Positions 32,490 through 42,649 of a DNA stretch of 64,000 bases are shown here, piece after piece (the first letter of the stretch is position 1; every line of letters begins with the position of its first letter). Origin of the DNA: Rhodosorus marinus CCMP1338 (taxonomy: Eukaryota > Plantae > Rhodophyta). The notes under the pieces were generated by a model, which worked only from the letters and a program-made list of their open reading frames with translations, was not told where the DNA came from and did not search any database. The stretch covers positions 1,364,001-1,428,000 of the forward strand of contig JAMWBK010000007.1 in the NCBI GenBank assembly GCA_029953675.1, read 5' to 3'. The translations under genes and the position numbers were made by a program.

Positions 32490-33790
32490 GAAACTCTCCG
32501 CCCCCGCGGACCCGCGAGAACCGCAAGTATCCAGCCGTCCGCGTAGGAGTCCATGTGGACGCATACACTAAGAAACATGCGGAATACGGACAGAGCTGCC
32601 TTTGTTCACTTCATTTTCCATAAGGTCCATTTGTCGGCTATTCGAACGAAGATGTCAAGATGAAGGTGTTCACGAGACCTAATAATCCCAAGGCTAAACA
32701 AGAATGCTGGATCCGGTCGTGGAAGTAGAAAAACCGCCGATCTTCGAATCCATGGCTTTGCAATGGAATCAAGAACTGGTAATGGGTTATGAACTTGCGA
32801 AAGACGTCGCTAAGAGGCGAGCAGACCTTAGCAAACCGTCTCCACCACAGGATTCCAGGGGGTAGGGGGGAGGTATCGTCGTTCTACACCCGCACGCAGG
32901 AGACGTTAAACCGATGTGAAAATCAACAGGTTACATATATCCGTGGTGTACGAGTTAGGACCTCTTCCTTCCCCCCCGCTCTCCCTTGTGCACCCTTTGC
33001 GGCAGCAGTGACAGCTATTAACTTAATTCAAAATGTTCTTGACCTTGCGGGCAAGTCGGGCTACTCTGATTCGCTATGGGAAGAGCGCTGCTCACTGGGT
33101 CCAGATCAAGTAGGTAAGAGATAAAACTCAACTAAACAAGGAGGGAGCCGAACAAGCGATCTTGTGAAGCTCCGAATTAATCATGGAACTTGGATCAGAC
33201 CTTACACTCAAGGGTGGGCTTCCCTCCGGACCACGCAAGAGCCGCAAATATCCAGCCGTCCGCTTAGGACTCCATGCAGTACGCAACACAAAGAAACATG
33301 CGGACGGAAATAGTTGTCGTTGTTCACTTCGTTTTCCATAAGGTCCATTTGTCGGCTAAGTGAAGACTGCAAGATGAAGGTGATCCCGAGACTTGAACAT
33401 CCCAGGACAAGGTAAGAATGCTGGTTTCGGCAGTGGAAGTAGGAAACAGCACATCTGCGAAATCCATAGCTTTGAAATGGAATCAACGACGGGTAATGGC
33501 TTTCTACTGAACAACTTGCAAAAGACCTCGCTGGTAGGCATGCAAACAGAGGAGCAGACTTTCCCCACCAGCATGCAGGCGACGTCAAACTAACCTAAAA
33601 AGCGATACATCTCGTTTGCTCGTGGTACCGAGCCAGGGCCCCTCGCCCCCATCGGGTGCGCCCTTTACGGCATGAACACGGCGATACTTGATTCAAAATG
33701 TTTTTGACCTGTCGGCAAGTGGGCTACTCTGATTCGCTACTCGAAGAGCGCTCGTCAATGGGGTCCAGATCATGTAGGTAAGACTTTGGA
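32490..33790. repeat. Diverged tandem duplication (~700-bp units ~32490-33130 / ~33210-33790), probable pseudogene pair
   Basis: Shared blocks tatccagccgtccgc, ttttccataaggtccatttgtcggcta, caagatgaaggtg, attcaaaatgtt, gggctactctgattcgcta, gggtccagatca.gtaggtaaga. No frame is intact in both. Confidence 0.8.
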
Positions 33791-33864
33791 TTAATTCTAA
33801 AACCGCTCTTCCAGGAGCGGCTTCCTCGAATTCTTAAGTCAAACAACTGGTTTGGCGAGTTCAC

Positions 33865-33975
33865 TTGAGTTTCGTGCTGTTACGTGCTAACGCTGCTTTG
33901 ATATTGGAGGCGCATGATCTTCCTTCGCTCTTTTTCCCCTATCGCCCATCGGAGGGGTCTTTTCAGTCTCCGACG
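33865..33975 (-). repeat. Unclassified dispersed repeat copy
   Basis: cgtcggagactgaaaaga..gcgcctccaatatcaaagcagcgttagcacgtaac..gaaactc (SCASNIKAALARNSTKLK). Confidence 0.55.
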
Positions 33976-36248
33976 CAATCCCATTGAAGTGTGGAATGTG
34001 TTTACGAGGAAACAAGTGAGGCAGAATCACGACAATTTCTGAAACCGCATGTTTTGATCCTGAACCGAGCTAGAGCGGGACGCAACACCAGAGTTGATTG
34101 GATTGTTACTAGGTACCCCCTTTGAGATTCAGACAATAGGTGTCCAGCGAGGCAAATACTAAATGAAAGATACAGCAAATACGCTAATTCTTGTTCTCCT
34201 GCGAATCTATCCGCCATCCTCCCCTCACCCCCCGGAGACGTCAGTCCCTCCAAAACCAAAAGTCCTCAACCTCCCTCGTTTCTCCTTAGCGAGTGGGATG
34301 TCATCGCCACATTCCCATCCACCAGAAAACAAACAAAAAAAGGAGCCGCTCCGGCTGATAATTGTTCCAAAAGTTGGGCTCCCGAGCCCACAAACCAAAT
34401 TATAGAAAAAACATTATGGACTGGACAAAAATAAAAAAGTTTTCCAGTCCTTTTTTAAGATTCCGGACCCAAATCAATAAGAATTGTAAGGATTGGTAAC
34501 CTAAATTCAGCCAACACTTAAGGGATATAGAGTATTTGACAAATATTCAATATTCTGTTTTTTTTTTGTTTTTCGGTTGAGTTTATATTTTTCCTCACTT
34601 GGAGGTCGATAACATGGAGTGTGATGACAAACAGTCCCCCCTTAAAAGAATGGCAATCTAATCCAAGAATTCGGCGTCGTTGGCGGATTGTAACCAATAT
34701 GTCGTATTGTTCTTAAAACACGCCCTGTTTTGGGGGTCATTATCCACGATTTCAAGAAGAAGCAACGCTGGGCGCTTTTTCAACTTTTTGCGAAGAATCG
34801 GTTGTCGTTTATCTTCCTAAAGCGGACGGATGGGCACCACCACTCCTGCTCCCCTACAAATAATAAGAATAATATGTTTACACACCTTTGTGAGGAAAAA
34901 ATATATGTTTACACACATTTGTCAAGAAGAATATGTGATAAACGTTTGTGAACAGCCGGGAACGGCTTTGTGCTGAGCGTTGACACGAGTCAGATACAGT
35001 ACACGCCGCAGCAGCAATTTCAGACCGAAAGAAGAAAATGATGAACGTATAGAACATGACGATCGTGAGCTCTCGCCTTAACTATACAAATTCATTCATT
35101 CAATTTGGAGGCGAAATTAATAGAAAATAGGAACCGGTCTGGCCCGGGAAGTATCGTTTTAAAGACAACAGAAGGGGGGACCCGCCCACGAAGCTTAGGA
35201 TGGCCGAACGCAACTAACCGATGACAGGACAGCGCAAAGGTGGGGGTCTTCAAGCAGAGATTGTCTGTAAAACCTGTGGGGAGAGCACTTGGAATCGAAG
35301 GTTCCAAGCGCTGTTCTCGAGAATTTTAAAGAAAGGGCTCGAAGTCGCAGTAAGGTTTGAGGGAGTTCGAGATGGGGGTAGAGCGGTTCCCTTCGGAATA
35401 CCGTGTCCGCTCCATGCTACAATTTTTATGCTGAAGAGGGGTACGAGGACACCCACCAACCTTGTTGTTGGAAAACCTCCAGTACTAACCCAAGCTGCTT
35501 TTTTTTTACATGTCGGTTAAACTAGACACGGTGGGCTTCTCTAGGACCCGGACGAACGATCCACTCGGTTCGCCTATGGTCTCCGGGTTCGTGCTCGTAG
35601 CGAAAATGAAGGACTGACAAAGGTCTTCGGAAATCAAGGAATACCGAGTATGAAATCCATTATCAAAATTCATCATTATCCATATCAAATAAAAAAGCCG
35701 TTTTCCTGTCACAGTCCGCGATTTCGTTGTTTAGCTGGTAGCTAATTTTTGGAATACTTTTGCACTTAACCGATTTAGAGCTAAAAAGAGGTGTTCCGCT
35801 GAAAAAAATTTCTCCGACAACTTCGTAGAAACCCATTTTGGGGTGCGGATAGGTTGATGGTGGTAGCGTCCATTCCCGAGTGGTTTCCATTCAGAGTGGT
35901 GGTTCTTATTCAGGTAGTACGCGTTTAGATGCTTGAGGGCGTGGCTTATTAAAGGGCAGGGAGGAGTCTCTTGGTAGATGGAAGGGAAGAGCTGTAGAAA
36001 TGGAGAAAAGCCTTTGCTTGGGTCCCAGGTAGTCTAATCAGAATTCGTTGTCCGCTAAAGTGAATATTATCCCCTCGCTCCAAAGTTCGGCTTTAGAGAC
36101 TTGGGGTGCCTAGGTGGGAACTGTTGAGTAATTGACTAGGTGGACATCACTGTATATAAGCCGAGAGGGTTGGCAGGTCTGCTGGGGGAGTGTCGCGAGG
36201 GGTAGTGTACGAGCGTGTAGCAGTGTTGTCGGGAGCAGTATTGCAGAG

Positions 36249-36596
36249 ATGTTGGCGAGGCGAAGCGTGCTTATGATTGGGTCCAGGGAAACGAACAAGA
36301 TGGACATTGATTATTTATGCTGCGGATCGAACAGTGGAATACTTTCGTGTCGTCGATCTCATGTGTGTGTTAAATGTGGGAAGGCATTTGGAAAGTCGTC
36401 GACGTTACGTGACCATATAAGGATGCACACAAACGAAAAAGCCTATCGCTGCAGTGTTGAAGGATGCGGTCGGGCGTTTAAATGGAGGTCGAGCCTGTCC
36501 CAGCACCGGAAGATTCATCTCGCCAAAGAAAGGGTAGAGAACGACGGAGAGATGGACTCGGGGAGCTCTGAGCTGAGTTTACCCTTGACTCCCTAG
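36249..36596 (+). CDS. Small two-finger C2H2 zinc-finger protein, paralog of 31060-31371 (115 aa)
   Basis: ATG 36249. [51 protein letters not shown]. Confidence 0.9.
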   Translation: MLARRSVLMIGSRETNKMDIDYLCCGSNSGILSCRRSHVCVKCGKAFGKSSTLRDHIRMHTNEKAYRCSVEGCGRAFKWRSSLSQHRKIHLAKERVENDGEMDSGSSELSLPLTP

Positions 36597-37109
36597 AAAC
36601 TACGGTCCTGTTTATAGCTATTAACGTTTGATTTGTATATTTAGGAAGCGTTTCCAAACCGCAGCCTCTAACACAGTTGCTTAACTTGCCCTGATGTAAA
36701 CAAAATCCGCAAGGACTGACTTTCAATACCGCTGCGAGTCATACGTATCTTGTTCCTTCCCTACATAGACAGATCTGGATAGTGTGTCATCAAACAGTCA
36801 GACCTTTCCACTGACGCTCCCCAGACACTCAGGTCCTCGCGAAGGAATCAGCCAAAGCGAAAAGCCTTCGAAGATGTCTCTCCGCTCAGGCAGGGTTCGC
36901 TCTTTCTGGCATCGTTTCTCTCCGGCATTACGGCGCTGAACAAATCTTTTAAAAATCCATTGCCACGGCGGACACCGGACGGGAACAAGACAGCGTGGGT
37001 TGCCGAAAAGCATTCCGACCTTTTAATTCCCTCGAAAATCCAAAAAAGAGGATCCTACAGATCAGCTAGTTCTCCTTGAGTACATCATTTTACTAGCACG
37101 CAAACTCAT

Positions 37110-37250
37110 TGAATGAATGTGTCTCTCAATCGGAGACTGAAAAAAAAAAGCCCCAGAGAAAAAATGGACTACGAGCGGAGAAGATATTGCGCCTCCCACA
37201 TCAAAGCAGCGTTCATACGCCACAGCGGGAAACTTCAACTGGTAAACAAC
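37110..37250 (+). repeat. Unclassified dispersed repeat copy, just downstream of the ABCA stop
   Basis: MNVSLNRRLKKKSPREKMDYERRRYCASHIKAAFIRHSGKLQLVNNLE matches the 27590-27730 frame. Confidence 0.6.
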
Positions 37251-37297
37251 CTGGAGAGATGGTCAAGGCGTTTGCGGACTCATTGGTGCTACATGTT

Positions 37298-40200
37298 TCA
37301 GGGAACTGAATCAGAGTTGTGTTGTTCGGCAAACGTCTGGAAGACCTGCTCCAGGTTGGGTTGACTGAAGGAGAAGTCTTCAATCCGCAAGCAGTCCTTG
37401 ACATTATTGAATACCGAGAAAACCATTGCGAAGGAAGGCACGAGCTGGGCGGCGTTACCCAGTGAGGGCGTTGCGGGGGTTTCCGCGACGTCGGCTTCGG
37501 GTGGTGGGGCATCCTCGAGCTCCTCAGTTGGCTCGGGCCACTCGTGGACCTCTCTCACAATGATCTCACACTCCTCCTGGCTCACGTGGGGCACCCTGGT
37601 CATGACTCGGAACCTCGCACGTCCCCCAAAGGCATCTGTCAGTTCGGCGTCGGGGAACACAGCCTTCACAAGTTTGACTGCGTACGCGTTTAAGTAAGTT
37701 GGCTCGCCGATAAGCTCAACAATATACCCTTTCCCGTAGAGGCTGAGCAGCCGCTGAGGATGTCCAATACACTGCACGGCTCCATTCGTCATGATCACAA
37801 CAACGTTGCAGAGCACGGACGCTTCCGTCATGTTATGGGTGGAAATGATCGCGGCAGAGTCCGTCGTTCGCTCGAGAACGGCATCCCACATCTTCCTCTG
37901 CGAGACAACGTCCAATCCAGTGCTCGGCTCGTCGTGAAGCTGAGCACTTGGAGCTCCAATTGTACCCAACGCCAACGATAACTTGCGCTTTGTTCCACCG
38001 GAGAGTGTCGACGACCACTTGTTGGCGTATTCGGTTATGCTCATCTTTTCCATAACCTGAGTCGCCAGCACCCTTGCTCGGCGCCTTTCCGCCCCGTGCA
38101 ATACCGCGAACAACTCCAGATGTTCCCTCATCGTCATCTTCTCCCAGAGCCGATCATGCTGCGCAGTGTAACCCATGTTCCGGTAGGCCGCTAGTGGTTC
38201 CTTCTCAATATCGTGACCGGCCAAGTACGCCCTACCACCACTTGCCGGGACAGCTCCAGTGAGCACCGACAACAAGCTGGTCTTGCCAGCTCCGTTCGGA
38301 CCTAGAAGCGCGATCCTCTGCCCCCTTTCCACTCCCAGCGTCAACTCCTTTACCGCAATCTTGTAGTCCCGAATCATTTTCGGGGTACCGAAGAAGGTCT
38401 TCGCTCCATCCGCGCTCTTACTGCGCCCACCTTTATATGCCACGCTCACATCCAATGCCGCGATGTGATACCGATCGTCGTCTTCTCCGCCACGATCCAG
38501 TCGAACAATTGCATCCTCATCTTCGACGTAGGCTCTGTGAACTTCACTGCGATGATCTTGAACATCCATATCACCTCGATCCTCCTCCTCCTCCTGCGAG
38601 CTACCAGAAGCAGCAGCTTTGTACTTCACCCATCTCGACTTGTTCTTGCTCAGCCTCCGCCTGTACTTGACAACGTCCAAGTAGTAGACCAGCACCAAGT
38701 GGATTAGGATGTGACCTGCCATGGCGATCAATGCCGGGTACACCATCGCATCTGTTGAGTAGACATCCGAAACCGTCTTCGCTGTTGAGGTGAATTCCGA
38801 CTTAGTTTCCAGAAGAAGGAGAAAGTTGAGCAACGAGCCGATCCCATACGGCGGTATGAACACAAGCAAGATCGCGTTGGTAATAGTATAAGTCTCAAAA
38901 CTCGTGAACAGGGACAGGTTGAAGATGACGATATAAGGAATCCACGCCTGCGCACTTATGAGCCCTGGGAGCAGATTGGTTACAGTCTCCGTGTTGTTGA
39001 ATGCAAAGGACCACGCGTAAGTATGCAGAACCATAAGGAGACCGTAGAGAAGGACTCCAGGGATCAAAGCTGACAAAGCGACGCCAATGAACGCTTCGAC
39101 TCGAAAGGCAACGATCACAACGACCGACAGGAGATACAGGATCCACGTGGTCATAAGGTGGTGAGCGAACCGGGTCAATAAAAGGGTGCTTCTCTTGGCC
39201 CCCGCCATTCTCAGAGCATGATCGAGTCCCAGGCTTCGCTCCTGGACGTAAGAAATCGCAGCTCCGCCAATTGAAACCGTGAAAGATATCACAATGAACA
39301 GTCCCGCGAAAAATGCTAAGACGTCAAAGGTCGGGACGTCGGCGGGCAGTGCCACCGCCGACACGCTGAACGACAGCTCGCTGTTGCTGGTCGCCAATCT
39401 CAGCAGCGCGGACGAAATCCTCGAATTGGCCGCCAAAAGCTCGTGCGTGTAAGAGAAATTGGAGACGATCTGCAGCTCAATGCTCGCTGCCTGGCTCGCA
39501 TCCAGCAGGTCACCTGTGGCGGAGAGTATCACCACCCCTGATGGAACTACCGGATCATTCAACGTCGTACCGTCCGAAAGTCTCCCCAAAAAGTAGTCAT
39601 CCACGGTCGACAAGCCGCCGTCGACAGAAACAGTCCTTGTGGGGTAAAAGTCTGGAATGCGACCCGCCCAAGAAGTCTCCACCTCAGAGGAAGCCATTGA
39701 CGTCAGCGAACTTAGTTGGGATTCCTCCGTCCCCAACGCAGCTGCGAGCTCACTAAACGATTCGTCGTAGACCATGGTCGTTTCTTCCTGGTCTGCGGAT
39801 GGATTTGAGAGCAGGCCGAATACCAACCCGATGATTAGGAATAACAGAGGAAGAGCGACCGACCAGAGCCAAAAGCCACCCTCACGCGCAGTTAAGATCA
39901 CCGTCATCCTCCACAACGTGCGAAACTGGTCAAACCTCTTCGGAGCCTCCTCTCGAAGGTCCGCCTCCTGTTCGGGCAAGTCTACTCGTATCGTTTGGAC
40001 ACCTTCTTCCTCATCCTCTAAGACCACATCGCCGTCGATTTCCCTTCCAGACCTACTCGCCGAGAAGTCCGACGAAACGGTTCCATCGACGTCGCTTCGC
40101 CGATCCTCCTTTTCTTGTTCAATCTTCCTGAACACCTCTTCCAAGGTCGGCAGCGCTAATCCAACGTCCGCAACGTCTTCGCTTTCCTCAAGCAGCCTAA

Positions 40201-42649
40201 ACACCGTAGGGAATGACTCCGCTGCATCCCACGGGAGATCCATTGCTAGAGTGCCAAGTTCCTGATAGTCCTTCGGTACATCTGTCCTCGCTCTGGTGAG
40301 CGTACCCGCGGAAGTCTGAGCCGCGACAGCCTCAGGAATTACCTTGGTGATTCCATTGGTCAGCTCGTGGTGCTGGTGGAGAGGTGCAGTAACTGACAAC
40401 CTGTAGGCGATGTTGAACTCTGCTTTTAGATGGAGAGGAGTGCCCTGGCACCTGATTTGACCTTCCTCGAGGAGTACGACACGGTCACAGAGTACCTCAA
40501 CCTCGTCAAGGAAGTGGGAAGCCACAAGTGTCACGCGCCGTTCCCTGTCCCGCTGGAGGAGCTTCCACAACGACCTCCTGGCGAAGACGTCAACTCCCGC
40601 AGAATGCTCGTCAAGAATCAGTATCTTCGGTGATCCAACTAGCGCCATGGCCAGGAGCAACTTGCGTTTCTGCCCGCCACTCAAAGACTTTGCCCTCTGA
40701 CCCATCGCGTCCTCCAAACCTACTTCGACCAAGAGTTGCCTCGTGAGCTCTGGGGCGTTTCCCCTCATCCCCTTGATTCCAGCGATCATCTCCATGTGTT
40801 CAGTGCACGTAAGCTCGTCGTGGAGAATTGAATTCGACTGAGGTACAATGCCGAGCCCTTTCCTAATCTCATCCATATCATCCTCAATGTTCATGGAGAA
40901 CAATTCGGCAGTACCTTCGGTTTGTTTGAAGAGACCGCTGAGTATATTGATAAGCGTTGACTTTCCCGCCCCGTTATGGCCCAACAAACCCAGGATCTCC
41001 CCTTCCTGCGCTGCGAATGATACGTCATCCAGGGCCATCACCGTGGAAAGGGGCTTCCTCTCAAACCAGCGCCTATTCGTGGTAGGTACGTCGCTGCCGG
41101 CATTCCTCTTCGATATGAACATCTTGCTAATGTGCGAGACGACAAGCGCCGCATCTCCAAAGGAACTCTTGTCATTATCCTGCCCCTCCAAGTCGTGCTC
41201 TGCCGCCTCTGCCAAGCTGGTGGCGCGGTTGCTACCACTAGTCCCTCCCCATGCGTAAGTTTTCCCCTGGAAGATGAAGTACCACTTCTTCGACACGCCG
41301 TACTCCGTTGGAATGACCTGGTCAAAGTACCACGTTAGAACAATGTACAGGACGGTATCCAGGAGCATCATCATCGTCGCACTGCCAATAGAGAACTCTC
41401 CCGGCTCAAAAAAGTTGATTGGAAGCGATCGGCTGATTCGATCGTTCACGGAGTTGATTCCCAGAGTGACAGCGCAAGGAGACAGAAGACTGAACAAGTA
41501 CTTCACCGACGTTGGTACATTACGAACGGCGAAGATGAGTGCACCTGCCAAGAGGAACAGCAGAGATCCGACAGTTCCCGCCAGCTTAGCTTTGCTGAAG
41601 AATGTCGATACTGCAAACCCGAGCGTCACCAGTGACGTCCCAAAGAAGAAGAGCATAATGAAGTAGTAACCACCGTTCAGCCCAGGAAACAGGTCGGAAG
41701 CGGCTACCATAATAGTGACTAGGACCACCCCGACGGTAACCAAGAATATGTACACGATAGACCAAGAAAGCCAAAAGCTCAGAGTGCTTGTGCCAACAAT
41801 GCTCAGGTAAACCTTTCGCCCCTGTTCCTTCTCAGTTACGATGTTAACGATAAGAAACTGCATCACCGGGAAGAAGGCAAGAACCGTATAGATAGGGATC
41901 ATGTTGTCCAAAACGGCATTTCCGCCCGGCACAAACGCCTCCGAGGTTGGTTCTTGCACTTCTTGCACATCCACACTTAGGCTACCGCTTCCGCCTCTGA
42001 TCTTCTCCACGAATTCCGTCGTGATTCCAAGCTCAAGCGATGCCAGGGCGTTCGTGACATAGTCATCTACCGGGCAGGAGGTTCGATCTCCTCCTTCACC
42101 TCGGCAACTTCCGATATCCGTATTTACTAGATCCGGCGTTTGAGAGTATCTGTTCGCTGGAAACCGTAAATCGAATGGAATAATCGTCGATGAGCTGCTT
42201 TGAGCATCGCTGATCAAGGTGTCTGTGGACGATTCAAATGAAACGCCGCCAATCAACAGCGTCTGGTTATTGTTCGGGTCCTGAACCCACTGGTTCAAGT
42301 CCTCAGCGTTTGGAAGGCACTCGACACCGACATCCAGTTCGCTGAAAACTCGCGCCGCTGCAGCCTCTACGAAGGTCTTCGTCGAATCATCGTCCGGAGA
42401 ACAGAGAACGATGTTCCTATCCGGTGCCGGAGACGGAGGAGAAGCTGTGGGAACAGCTTGCAGCGGCGAATATGACTGTGCCTGCCATTGTCTTCCCTCC
42501 CTGTTCTGGTTGATAGAGGCCTTGACGATGATCAAAATCGCAACAATGTAGACGGGATAGAGAGTCTCCTGGATAGTTTGTCCCGAATTCCTCCGCTTCA
42601 AAATACGATTCCTTTTAGTCAAGGCCCAAATTTCACTTCCATGCACCAT
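37298..42649 (-). CDS. ABCA: Full-size ABC transporter subfamily A (TMD-NBD-TMD-NBD), single exon, 1783 aa
   Basis: Walker A GHNGAGKS and GPNGAGKT. Signatures LSGGQKRKL and LSGGTKRKL. ABCA hallmarks IVTEKEQGRKVYLSIVG, WYFDQVIPTEYGV and SQPNLEQVF. Confidence 0.96.
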   Translation of the reverse strand: MVHGSEIWALTKRNRILKRRNSGQTIQETLYPVYIVAILIIVKASINQNREGRQWQAQSYSPLQAVPTASPPSPAPDRNIVLCSPDDDSTKTFVEAAAARVFSELDVGVECLPNAEDLNQWVQDPNNNQTLLIGGVSFESSTDTLISDAQSSSSTIIPFDLRFPANRYSQTPDLVNTDIGSCRGEGGDRTSCPVDDYVTNALASLELGITTEFVEKIRGGSGSLSVDVQEVQEPTSEAFVPGGNAVLDNMIPIYTVLAFFPVMQFLIVNIVTEKEQGRKVYLSIVGTSTLSFWLSWSIVYIFLVTVGVVLVTIMVAASDLFPGLNGGYYFIMLFFFGTSLVTLGFAVSTFFSKAKLAGTVGSLLFLLAGALIFAVRNVPTSVKYLFSLLSPCAVTLGINSVNDRISRSLPINFFEPGEFSIGSATMMMLLDTVLYIVLTWYFDQVIPTEYGVSKKWYFIFQGKTYAWGGTSGSNRATSLAEAAEHDLEGQDNDKSSFGDAALVVSHISKMFISKRNAGSDVPTTNRRWFERKPLSTVMALDDVSFAAQEGEILGLLGHNGAGKSTLINILSGLFKQTEGTAELFSMNIEDDMDEIRKGLGIVPQSNSILHDELTCTEHMEMIAGIKGMRGNAPELTRQLLVEVGLEDAMGQRAKSLSGGQKRKLLLAMALVGSPKILILDEHSAGVDVFARRSLWKLLQRDRERRVTLVASHFLDEVEVLCDRVVLLEEGQIRCQGTPLHLKAEFNIAYRLSVTAPLHQHHELTNGITKVIPEAVAAQTSAGTLTRARTDVPKDYQELGTLAMDLPWDAAESFPTVFRLLEESEDVADVGLALPTLEEVFRKIEQEKEDRRSDVDGTVSSDFSASRSGREIDGDVVLEDEEEGVQTIRVDLPEQEADLREEAPKRFDQFRTLWRMTVILTAREGGFWLWSVALPLLFLIIGLVFGLLSNPSADQEETTMVYDESFSELAAALGTEESQLSSLTSMASSEVETSWAGRIPDFYPTRTVSVDGGLSTVDDYFLGRLSDGTTLNDPVVPSGVVILSATGDLLDASQAASIELQIVSNFSYTHELLAANSRISSALLRLATSNSELSFSVSAVALPADVPTFDVLAFFAGLFIVISFTVSIGGAAISYVQERSLGLDHALRMAGAKRSTLLLTRFAHHLMTTWILYLLSVVVIVAFRVEAFIGVALSALIPGVLLYGLLMVLHTYAWSFAFNNTETVTNLLPGLISAQAWIPYIVIFNLSLFTSFETYTITNAILLVFIPPYGIGSLLNFLLLLETKSEFTSTAKTVSDVYSTDAMVYPALIAMAGHILIHLVLVYYLDVVKYRRRLSKNKSRWVKYKAAASGSSQEEEEDRGDMDVQDHRSEVHRAYVEDEDAIVRLDRGGEDDDRYHIAALDVSVAYKGGRSKSADGAKTFFGTPKMIRDYKIAVKELTLGVERGQRIALLGPNGAGKTSLLSVLTGAVPASGGRAYLAGHDIEKEPLAAYRNMGYTAQHDRLWEKMTMREHLELFAVLHGAERRRARVLATQVMEKMSITEYANKWSSTLSGGTKRKLSLALGTIGAPSAQLHDEPSTGLDVVSQRKMWDAVLERTTDSAAIISTHNMTEASVLCNVVVIMTNGAVQCIGHPQRLLSLYGKGYIVELIGEPTYLNAYAVKLVKAVFPDAELTDAFGGRARFRVMTRVPHVSQEECEIIVREVHEWPEPTEELEDAPPPEADVAETPATPSLGNAAQLVPSFAMVFSVFNNVKDCLRIEDFSFSQPNLEQVFQTFAEQHNSDSVP

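Noticed and set aside
37398-42000. Numerous plus-strand ORFs over ABCA (likewise antisense ORFs over SNF2 and MPS1)
   Set aside because: Antisense or shadow frames of long genuine CDSs.
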